Positions 35,701 to 47,700 of a DNA stretch of 64,000 nt are shown here, in pieces (the stretch's first letter is position 1; each line of letters opens with the position of its first letter). The stretch spans positions 1-64,000 of the forward strand of contig NMRA01000213.1 of assembly GCA_002633005.1 (NCBI GenBank), in the 5' to 3' direction. The translations under genes were made by a program, and so were the position numbers. The notes beneath the pieces were generated by a model. It did not search any database, had not been told where the DNA came from, and saw only the letters and a list, made by a program, of their open reading frames with translations. Source of the stretch: Phoronis australis. Its lineage: Eukaryota; Animalia; Phoronida.

Positions 35701-38700
35701 AGAGTGGGCAAGAACGTGAGTTTGGGCTGTCATGTAATGTTGGTCTTGTTCAAGTCGTGAGTTTGGGCTGTCATGTAGCGGCGGTCTTGTTCAAAGTGCG
35801 AATTTGAGTTGTCGTGTAGCAGATGGCCTTTTTACTCAGATGTCTGCATTTAAACCAGTGTATGGATTACACTAAGTCATCCGATGCATTTTGCGGTACA
35901 GGAGGCGTGCATAGGCCACTCGGCTGGGGGGTATTACAATGATCACTGGATTGTGACTCATGGAGACCTTCAGCAAGGGGTTCTCCAAGGGTGAAGCCTT
36001 CCAACCTGCCTGCTTTTATCATGAAATTGGACAGACTTATATCAGTCGTTGTGAAGTGGCAGTTTCCTCCATACAGATTGTGTGTCCTTCAAGAAGGTTA
36101 CGATGCCTTTGGTAGGCTGAGTAAATCTCTACAAAACGTCGAGTCTGCTTTCATACCACACTTAGGACACTTTGAGCCTTGTGGCCAAGTTCTCTATGTG
36201 ATGGCTGCCATTTTTAAACAAAAATTTCTTGCGATCCAATTGTTAAAAGTCATAATCCATTCAACAATTTCTAGTGGCAGCAATAATAGAACATTATTAT
36301 ATAGAACTTAATGAATTTGTGCAGCCTTGGTGGAATGGTTTCGTTACTTTATGCCTGGCAAACATGTTGGTTATCTTTGGCCATCAGTCTGGGTCTCTGT
36401 GCAATTGATTTTGCTTTAGTTCAGACATTTGCCCGATTCATTTCTGGGAATAGTGTAAACTGGATTCTCTAGCTTTCTCCCTTTACTGCTGATGTTTGTT
36501 GCAAACTTGACAATTCAAGTCAAAGAACCAGATTCGTTTAAGAGTTGTTTCTCTACTGCCAATCAATTTGGGCCAAAGTTTGGTCGCCATACTCCAATGG
36601 AAAATTTTGTCTGGCTGGTTTATAAATGTCCTGACAGACTTTGACCTAGGGACCTAGAGAAAATAGCAAAATAAACTTTGTATTCCAACTTGAAAGCAGA
36701 GGGCCACTTGCAGAAATAAACCCCTGAAGTGTTGTGTGGGAGTTAATAAGACTAATTATGGGGGAATATAGTTGTATGAATTGTTAAGAAGACAGTTTTA
36801 TTCATTCAACGTTTTCATTGTTGTTGATTTACGTTAAGCACTGAAAGCACAGCCTGTAAACAATAATTTTGCAGACTGACGTACTCTCAGTTGGCAAAAG
36901 ATTGTACAGAATTGTAGAAAATACTCCATTGTTTAATTCTTCGGCTTGTCATCAAGGTGTGTTTTCCCAGAAATGGCCTGGTAAGGCTAGCTGTGGATCT
37001 TTGTCTTTGTGCAACGGCCTGCGTACACCTGTGAGGACGAGGCGCTTCTCTCGACTGGCTATCACTGCTCTTTCTGTACTGAAATCTTTAAATTTTCTTC
37101 TTTGTTCCTACCAGACTGTTTGTGCTCTACCAGCCATTAGTGTGAGGCGGGGAACTTGCAGTATTGTTGACTATACATTCGTACGTCCGTATGTCACACA
37201 ATTTTGCTGGCATGATATCTCAATAAAGAAGCTAGTCATTGTGCGGCTTCATATTTTGTATCAAGTTCAAGTGTGAGGCGAGTCAAAGAACAAGTCAATA
37301 TCGGTGACTTTGACATCAAAACAAGTTTTGACTTGGGGAAAAGTTGGCTCAATTTCTCAGAAAAGAAGCTTTAGATTTTGTTTATATTTGGTATCATAAT
37401 GGCAAGCGTCAATTTTGGCTTCCTTCACCTCATTTTTATGCGCCCACATATTTGTGGACGCATTATGCCGTCATCTCCGTCTGTCCGTCCGTCTGTCCGG
37501 CGTCCGGCATCCGCTGCTCTATCTCAAAAACGCTTTGACGTATCTTCATGAAATTTCGCACATGTGTTCCTACCGTGAATGGTATGGTATGAGCGAACAT
37601 TCGGACGGATCCGACCACCGGTGTACCCCCTAGTGGCAATTTTAGTTTTTTACGTTTAACTCTGTATCTTCAAAGGTCCTGATCGGATTTTCATAAAATT
37701 TAGTATGTTGGCACCTATTAGTGAGGTGACGCTGTCCTCCCGTTTTTGGATGGATTCATTGTAGTTTGCTTCACCTAGTGGCCAACTGTTTTCGAGTCTA
37801 TTTTTGCGTCCACCGCTCTATCAACCAAACCACTCAAAGGATGATTGTGAAAATTGGCACGTATGTTCTGACTATGAAGTGGACGGCTGACGATGATTTT
37901 CCAACGATTTTGACTTCTGTGGCGCCTCCTAGTGGCAGTTTTTTTTTTCCACCTATTGCCGTATCTTCTAAATGGTTCGAAGGATCTTTACTAAATTTAA
38001 TGAGTGTATGTATATAATGTTGACAACAAACGACGACTTTCGGATGGATCTGACTACTGGTGTGCCTTCTAGTGGCATTTTCATCCTTTTACGTTTTTAC
38101 CTCTGTATGTTTAAAGGTCCTCTGCGTATTTTCATAAAATTTGGCATACAGGCATCTGTTAATGAGGCGATTCTATCTCTCTGTTTTCAGATGGATTCGA
38201 CCTAGTTTGCGCCACCTAGTGGCCACTTTTACTGTTTTCGAGTATGTTTTTTGGCGTCCACTTGTCTATCAACCAAACCGCTTTCAGCATAATTGTGAAA
38301 ATTGGCATGTATGTTTCTACCATGAAGAGGATGGCTGACAATCATTTTCAACGGGTTTGACTTCAGTGGCGCCTCCTAGTGGTTGTTTTTTTGCGCTCAT
38401 CGCTGTATCTCATGCAGGATCTTTACTTAATTTAGCAAGTGTATTTATATGATGTTGACAACGGACGACGACAACTTTAAGATAGATCTAACTTTTGGTG
38501 TGCCCCCTTGTGGCAGTTTTATTTCTTATGTTTACCAGTCTGTATCTTCAAATGTCCTCAGATTTTCATAAAATTTTGAATATAGGCATCTATTGGTTTG
38601 ATGATGCTATTATCCTGTGTTTGGATGGAATCGAGGTATTTTGCGCCATTTGGCCATTTTTGCTGTTTTCAAATCTTGTTTTTAGCGTCCACCCCTCGAT

Positions 38701-41700
38701 CAACCAAATCATTCTAGGTAATATGGTTTTGAAAACAGGCATGTATGTTTTCAGTGTGAAGAGGACGTTTGATGATGGCGACTTACTACTGTGGCGCCTC
38801 CAAGTGGTAGTTTTGTTTTGTTTTGTTTTGCGCCCGTAATTGTATCTCCAAAACCCACTGCAGGATTTTTATTAATTTTGTTAATGAATTTATGTGAAGA
38901 TAACAGACGATGACTGTCAGGCGGATCAAATGGTCGCTGTGCCCACAAGTGGCAATTTCATTTTGTTCTGTTTTCCTTCATTTCTCTGAAGTTCCTTGGC
39001 AGATTTTATAAAATATGGCGTTTTTGGATGGAGTGTATGTTTTTGTGCCATCAAGTGGCCATTTTTATGATACAAATAAATAACCCTAAAAGCACACCAT
39101 TTGCAATGCATTCTGGGCGCATTTCAACGCTCCGCGTTGCTCTTGTTTCAGGTTTGAGAGTTTAACTACTTGGAAATGTCTGTTTTTTTAATGAAGTCAA
39201 GTCATAGTAAGAAATGTTGAAGTTAGGTTACTTATCAAATGAACTGCTTGAATTAAGTTTATTAATTTTTAAAGCAAAATTTTTTCTGTGTTTGAAAATT
39301 TTGAGTAGTGCAATTGAATGACTGAGTGTGTAATCGTTTCTAGACATTTTCAACTTATCTGGCTTGTCTCTGCTTAATAGTTCATTCTCTTGCCACTTAA
39401 TATAAGCGCAAGAATTAGCGCATAGACTGGCGGGAGAAAAAACACGTCCTTTCTCGATGAAGAATGTCCGTGTAATCACTCATCCGTATTACCCTGTATC
39501 TCATGGTAGCAGTGTGGGATTCTGGGATTAAAATTATAGTGCATATGTCCTGACATGGGACAATCTGGTCAAACTGTAACATATGCTTGTTTCCAGCGCC
39601 TTTGCCCCTGAAAGTGAACCTTTTGCATGTATTCTATCGGACAATAAAACCACAGAATATGAGTTACTTGAAAATTTGTATCAATTTTATCATGGTTACA
39701 GGTAAACGTTCTCTCCTGTTTCTTGTGGTTGAGTTCTGCTCATGTTGTTCTTTTGTTTCTTTTCTTTCAACTGCTTTATGTTTGTTAGATGTTTATCAAA
39801 CAGTGAATTATCTACTAGTTTCTTATCCAATTTTTTATTTATCTCAGTTATATAAAAATAATTGTAGTAACTTCTCGTTCAAATTTCTCCCTTGAATTTT
39901 CTGCTTAGATATCTCATCCAATGTTTTATCCTCATCTACTTTCTTCCTGCATTATTACACAGTCAATGCCTCTCATCAGTTTTGTGCCATTTCTGCATTA
40001 AGTTTCTAATCCAGTTTTCCTCCATGTCTACTGAAATTTACAAGGAAGTTGATGAATTTCGTCGAAATTGTAGCTGAAGCCTAATAGAAACCAAACGAAA
40101 GATGAGCCATGAAATTTCGCTTCAAATTTTGTAATTTTTGGACTAATAAATATTCTCGGAAACTAACTGTAAGCATAAATTTCTTATCAAACTGTCTGCT
40201 TTCCTTACCACTTCCATGTTTACTGTTTTCCATTTAACTTTCTGTCTGTTTCATTATTTCTCACGTCATTTCAGAAACATCAGTCAGACAGCGCCGTCGG
40301 GCTCTGGTCAAAGGCAAGTCATGTCTGAACACCCCCCCCCCTTCCACCCCGAGTGTCAGCGCTAGTGGCGCATTAGGAATTGCCTCTTCTGCAACTAATG
40401 AAAACTCACCCCAGTCCTTCCTAAATTACCGCTTTCCTCGATCTGCTTTGAGCTAGTTAACCTGCATGGATTGCATTTTTCCAATATTAAAAAAGCCTGT
40501 GATTGCAAACTGACAAGATCTGATTCCCGCTGGTTCTGGATTGTCTTTCAATGGGATTGTGTTTTGCAGGAATGGTTCTAATCTTTACATTTTGTGTTTG
40601 TTCCATATCAAACCGCTCCAGTTGATGAGTTTAATGTTTTGGCAAATTTGGACTTAATAACTTCAAGCTGGCTTTTCAACATCTCCAGGAGTTTACTCCA
40701 GCCTTAATTTTGCACACAAGTTATACTTAGTCTGTCTCTATATTTTGTCATAACGCCTTACAATTCTTTAAAATGACACGCAATCCGTCGAAGAGACTAA
40801 CCACAGATAAACATGGCTAAAACTTGCTACCTACTCGGATGAGAGGTGAATTTTGATTTTGCAAAGAACTGACAGTGAGCTATTCCTCAAGACCATGGTC
40901 AATGAATAAAATGAGTCAGCTTATTGACACTGGTGTCGAGCAATTTGGAACTTCTTCTGTCAATCATTCCAAGCCCAGAAATCACGTTTTGACTAAGGAA
41001 CAGGTTCTTGCAAGGGAAATCAGCTGCTTTTATGTTGTGAGAGTGGGAAAGCTTAATTTGATTATTAATGACCTGATTTTACTTTCTGGTGTGCAATAGG
41101 CAAATTAAAACGAGGTGCTGTAATCCACTTCTCAATGATCCTTACGGGTTGGGATTTCTGGTGAAGTTCAAATATATTAAGTTTTAAATTTATTTATAAC
41201 CATCATATTAACTTGGAGAGGGTGAACAATGGTGACTGTCAGATGCATTTTGAACACAGTAGTTAGACATGGCTTGTGCTGATAGCAGCCCAGTTAACCT
41301 ACATCTTAGTACCCGGAATAATTTGAAACTTTTTGAACAGGACACCGTAATGGACGGACACCGATTGACATTGGATTTTTTATAATATGAAATATACCCC
41401 AAAACTGCTGATTTTGTGATAAGTAGTTTGTTGGTTTTGTTCACGGAATGTGCTTTAATAGCTGCTGTTATTTAATGACCACTGACTGTTTGCTGAGGTA
41501 CTACAACACTCTGCGTGCGTGTTTATAATTCTGACCTTATCACTTGCAGCCCTCAAAGTCCGTTAAAAGACACAAGAGGGGGCGTAGCTGTCACTCCAAT
41601 GGTAAGTTACATGGTGGCGTGTTCCTAGAAAGTTTATTCTACAGAATACCAGCTTCATAGTTGAGCAGTTAAAGCATTGTTGTGTGAAGTATCATGGGTG

Positions 41701-44700
41701 TGAGTGAGATAAGTTGGATTATCTTTCACATAGCTGCTGTCTGAAGAAGAAACCTACCCTGATTGCAGTGGTGTCTGTAAATGCAGTTTTGTGCTGAGTT
41801 CTGTAGACCTAAGGCATTAGCCACACAACTGAGGCAAGAAATGTTCACTATTATCTGACAGGAACAGTGAATCGTATCCCACAATGCAACATTCCTACCT
41901 CACCAATCGATGAGTTCAGTGTCCACTGCGGTTTTGCTAAGTCATGCTTGAGCGCCCCTCCCCGCCACCCCCCCCCGAAACACTCACCTTTTGCCCAATC
42001 ATGTAATTTTGCAGGATTTTACACAATCACACTCAACTTGGTCTATGGAATGCACTTGCTTAGTATAGGTTACTTAATAATATACTGTGGGTCCTGAGGG
42101 TTGTGGGACCTTAGGGTTGTGGGATCTAAGGATTGAAGGGCCTAAAGGTTGGGGGACCTAAGGGTTGTGGAGTCCTGGATGTCGCAGTGCGATCTGTTGC
42201 TATGCTCTTTTTGAGTGAACAGTACAGCATGTACCTATTGCTTTAGGTTCCTAGCAAAATAGAAACATGTCTAACTACGTGGTAGTGTCTGCCTTCACTG
42301 TTTACCCCATGACATGGTTAATTAGACTCAAAGGATCCTTACAAATTTTTCACTAAGTGATTGTTCTTCACATTGCCAAGTGAAGTTCCCCTATAGTCTC
42401 TACTTCAACTGCATGTTGAGATACACGCCAAACACCATGAATTCTTGATATTAATACCGAACAGATGAGCAAAGAAATCGTCACATCATCGTGTAAGCTC
42501 AGTGTTGACACTAGCTGCCGGTCTAGTGTATTTGAGTTCATTCCTGTCACATACCGAGAACTCCACCCTCACCATTTCTTCCTGTAAGTACCGTCGGATT
42601 AACTGTTCGGTTTCGTTACCACTAATCCATCTCTTCCCTTAATTTTCAATTCACAGAATCTGTGTTTACAAAATACCCATAAGTTGTAGAGTATGTAAGT
42701 GACCTTGCACTTCATCTTAATCAAAATAAAGATTGTTACTTATCGGCGGCCTGGTTATGTTTGAGAACCTGCCCTGCGCCCTTCATCGGGGTATTGGCAT
42801 GGATTTCCGTGGCACGTGACCCCCTGTGAGCAGTGCTTGGCTGTCATCGAACGCCACCTCATGGCTGTCACTGAGGCGCTGTTAAATGGCAGGTGTCTGA
42901 TGACCGCCTAGCACCAACCACAGATGGCCACGGGACATGGAAATCCCCGCGATGTTCTCAAATATAACCAGGCCGCCAATAGATAACTATCTTTATTTCA
43001 ATACTACCTAACACCGCCACCTATGGCCATTCTACTACCTTATGATATGTTTTTGTTAGTGTATATTATACTCTGCAACAACTTAGCTATTGATTCATAT
43101 TGCTGAAGGCCAATATACCTTTTGAAAGTTCATAATCGGCTCAAGTCACTAAAGAGTTGTATTATAAGGAAGTTCTTCATCTATTTAGATCACAGTATGG
43201 AGGACGTTTTTCTAAGAGAGTTTGATTTGTCAAATTCCTCCAAGAAAATAAAATAATTATTATTTGGCCGTGTAGTTTGTTGTAAAAGAAAGTATGATTT
43301 GAACCAAAGGCATCGGATTTGGAAAATAGAAATTAAAACTGTCTTTGTGATTATTTGACCGTTTAAAATAAGTGAAGAATTATCATTAAAAATGTGGTGT
43401 GCTTGACAAATGAATTAACAGAGTCGACATTAGTGTAAGTTAATTGAAGACAGTTCTGTCAAGGTGAGCAACTAAATGCATTGCAAATGATACAGGCAGA
43501 AAAGGTCTTCTTTAATTGGATTAGAAGGAGACTTATTCCAAGCTGCGTGTGTGCACAAATCAATAGAAAACATTTTGGCATGCAACTCCTCAGCTGTCTG
43601 AGAAAAGTAAAAGTATTTTTGATTGACCCAATTTTTAATTCTCACGTGCGAAATACAGTTTAAGACGGATATATTTTGGCATGAATTTATTGATTATCTG
43701 ATAGCCCAATAGGTGGCAATTTAATGACATGATGGTTGTGGATGAGCTATAAAAGGTTATGGGATATCTCACTGCTTTAAATCCCCATGGAAATAAGGTG
43801 TATTTGTTTCGTACATGTAGATACTATATCTCTATTCGATAAATAGCTATTACATGATCCTGTTAGCTCAATTAAGAAATTTGCAGTTTGGTGATTTTAC
43901 AACCAATTTTTAGCAGACCGCGATATGTTAGTCCTGACGGCTATAAAGGACACTTCTGCTGTTCATTATATTGACTGTCTATTCAGTATATTTATGCTGT
44001 CCAAGAGGATTATACAATAATAAAATTTATCATTGAATATTGGTTACTAAATTTGCTTTGCTAAAAACGTTTCTGTGTGGAATGTGAAAAACACTGAAAC
44101 TACATAACATTTCATCAAGATTGACTGAAAATATTCCAGCCGCCAAAGTCATACAGATCAAGAAGGAAAGTTTACTAGGTATCGTTTTTTGAAAGGAACT
44201 GGACAACATCAAAGTTTGTTGAATAAAAGAGTGTCTTAAAACTGATATATATTTGATATGTTACTATATTTCATAATCGAGTCATGAGCTGGGTTTTACC
44301 GCCAACTTCCTTAAAATCCCATCAAAATTTCTACTCTGCACTTCGCTATTTCATTTACCTGAAATTTGCTGATTGTGATAAAAGAGCTACTGGCTTTAAA
44401 CAAAGGTGTCAAGAATTTCTCTGTCAAAGTCATGTTATTTGTCAATTCCATCTTGCTGTAAGATACATGTGGTGTTGAAGTTTGTCTGATTTTGACACAG
44501 TTCCAGTTCAATTTTGAAGTTGTTGAATGTTGAGATTGTGTTGCATTTTTATAAAAATAACTGTTACCATAGATACCGACTGCACTCATGTTTGTCAGTT
44601 ATTTGTAATTTCTTTGTACTGCCGTTTCTATTGTTCTCATATGGTAACCATTTTCAAGGTTAATTGAAGGAAAACCAACTTTCTGCAAAATTTGCAAGCC

Positions 44701-47700
44701 AGTCATTCTGACTCTAAAGTTGGCTTTTAGTCTGCGTAGCTTCTCAATTATAAAATTGGCAATGTCTGACATCCCTGCCTCACACCAGAAAAAAGTATTC
44801 TTTATGGGGTAATACTGTCTGGCTTTATTGCTTTGATGTTGAAGTGTCTTGTTAAGACCGCGACTTTAGTTGTTCCCTTATATTAACCATAACTGTTTTG
44901 TTGGATTTTTGTTTAGGTTGTATTTTGTGATGACCATGTGTTTCAACTTTTTGCTAACTGGCCTGTTGCTGTGAATGAAGCAAAACCGTTAAATGTATTA
45001 ATAATATTTTACTGAATTTTCAGTAAGTTAGGTAAGGAACCCATGTCTTTTGTGCTTTTAGAATGCAAATAATTTGGTCTTTGATGAACAATTTTACAAA
45101 TGAAGTGTGAGACCTTCACTAAGTTACATATACCGGTAGATACATGTATTCTCTAAACAGATTACTGTGACGGACAGAGTGCTGTGACGGACAGAATGCT
45201 GTGACGGACAGTGTGCCGCACAATGCGGCAGTAAAATAGGAATAACCCTGTGATTTTTTTGTTTAAAAGAATATGTAATTCGTATTGATGTATATTAAAA
45301 ATTTGACCACTTATTAATCGTTCATTTATAGGCTTTTGTCTTTACTTATTTAGCACACACTACAATTGAAATTCTATTTTCAGATAGATTTCTCCTCAAA
45401 AACAATTAAGATTAGGAATATTTTAGTCAATGTTTGTACTGTGTGAAAAATTTGTTTGGTAATTTCTGATTATTTGCAGTAAAGTAATATTAGGAAAATG
45501 TGGCAACAATTTGTTTTTTTTTTGTTAGTGTTGAATTTTTGTTCTTAGACAAATGGATAGATGTGGAACTTGAATCATACTCCTTTATTCTGAGCCCTCG
45601 TCAACCTGAAATGCTTACCTCAAGTGGCAATATGTCCACTTCTTTCAAAAACATTGTTTATACTCATTTGTTTTTTGTGTGAAATGACCTGGCAATACAT
45701 TATTGCTTGAGCCAAGCCTCTTTAAATTTGTTTCTCTCATGGCAGGTTAGCTTCAACTGCCAATTTAAAGCAGTTAATGGCTGTCAAAAATTGAAGGCAA
45801 TCCTGTGAAGAAACTTGGTGTTGTAGGACCCAAGAAAAATATTCAGTTTTGGCCAGCTTTGGAGCATCTGATCTCAGAAATGGCTGATTTGATCCTCATG
45901 AATCGTTCAGATACTATGCTTTGTACAGTGTTCTCCAAAATGCTGTTTGGAACTGGTTTTAAAAATGTTTATTTTTGCACAAAGGGCTATCAGAAAACTG
46001 GACTTAAGGGATTTTTATAAAAAAAGTTAAATTTTTTGATAAAAACCGAAACAAAACGATGATTTAGAAATCTGACAGTGTTTGTGAGATTTTATCGTGA
46101 ACATTTCTCTCAAGACTATTGACCCTGTTGTTTTGCTATACCTTCTAATTTGCTAATTTTTCCTACAAAGGCGAGGTCACATGACCTAAATATAATAATT
46201 ATAATATTTTCTGTGTAGAATTTTATTTGAAAAATTCTATAGTTAGTAGATATTTGGCCAAATGTACAGACTTGTCGATAACGTCGATTACTCAAAATCT
46301 CTACAAAGTCGTGTAGTTATATAGCTTTGAACGTTACTCAGATTCAGAAGATTTTAGTATCTGCAGTGTCGCCTCATGCTACGTGCTACAGTACAATCTA
46401 ACGGTATTTACTAACAGGCAAAATTACCCAGAATTCCCCCATCATGATGGCTGGGCTGAAGCTGAATTCGTCGTAAGCGTATTACGTAGTTTTCTCTGAC
46501 AGAGAATGAAAGGCGGTCTGAAAGGTGGTTAAAGACGGGCTAAAATGAGCCAGCTGCCTTAGATATGTTAAATACATGTACTTTTGTGCAACGTATATTT
46601 GTTTCGTTTTATTCCTCACACCGCAAACTAATTATTACACATTTAATGCCCCCATATTATGTGCCCCCATCGGAAACCCCTTTTGTCCTCTCGACGTGTC
46701 ACAGTGGCCTGGTCTGTTGACATCATCGTGAGCAACACATTACCGCACTGACCACAACCTGAGCAGCTGATTGGCTGCCGGGACAGTATGTACCGTAATC
46801 GTTCGGGTTAACGCCCTGGGCGGTTAAATTGACGAACCCAAAAAATCGGGGGAGGGCGGTTAACCGAGCAGTGGGCGGTTAAATTGAAAATCCACCTAAA
46901 GTAGGGGATGGGCGGTTAACTGAGCATGGGCATTAACCCGAACGATTACGGTAATCAGAATTTTTGGCAGTAATGTTTGCTATTAGCAGAATGCTGTCAT
47001 GGTGGAAAACTACATTTTGTCTGGTTAGTGTTTTGTTAGAACTGTAGTTTCTGTGTTTGTAAGTTTCCATGACACTTACGGTCGTGCAAGCTGCCAGTGT
47101 TCCTGTTCTTAATTTAAGGCCTGGTCAGTCTATAGCACCTTCTAACACTTACGATGAACATCTCCGCAGGTATCCTTCCCTCAACTGTTCAGGGTGCACA
47201 TGGGACTACGTAAGCAAGGTGACTGACAAGTCTCAGTTTTCAGCTATTTTGTTCATTCTGTCTTGCCATAGCAACGTTTTAAAGCACTCAGTTCACTTTA
47301 TTTGCATAAATAACCCGGGCTCTCAGGTTTTGTCTTTGTATGCAAGTAACTTTTGTTTCGCATCTAATGTTTAAATCCTTTCAATAAGGTTAAAGTGTTA
47401 CGGAAGTGCCAAAGGTTTCATCAGCTGATGTAGCAAAATTTGGAAGAGTGGAAAATAATATCACTGTCAGCATTAAACTAAGTCTGTAGCATGATTCACT
47501 CATTCACCACACCATGAACATTTCATGCATGCTTTTCTTTAAATAGTTTCAATGGGTCGTGCCACTGCATAGATTTTAACTTGGATTTTGGAATTTCACT
47601 TTAAGTTCATTTTCTGTCAATTGCACCTTATTTAATTGTTGAAATTGCATGGCTGTGAATTTCAATGGATTAAACGTTTTTTATGATAAATTGTATTATT

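Noticed and set aside
35860-36240. Minus-strand peptide with CPKCG...FC resembling a zinc ribbon
   Set aside because: Interrupted by stops, no recognisable family and no splice structure.
40772-40795. ATGACACGCAATCCGTCGAAG resembling the U6 snRNA 3' region
   Set aside because: Only about 20 nt of imperfect match and no ACAGAGA box or remaining U6 sequence.
42657-47209. Exon-like segments 42657-42694, 45024-45031 and 47170-47209
   Set aside because: Lengths (38, 8, 40 nt) or in-frame stops do not fit the phase-0 intron; 41601 joins 48555 cleanly.
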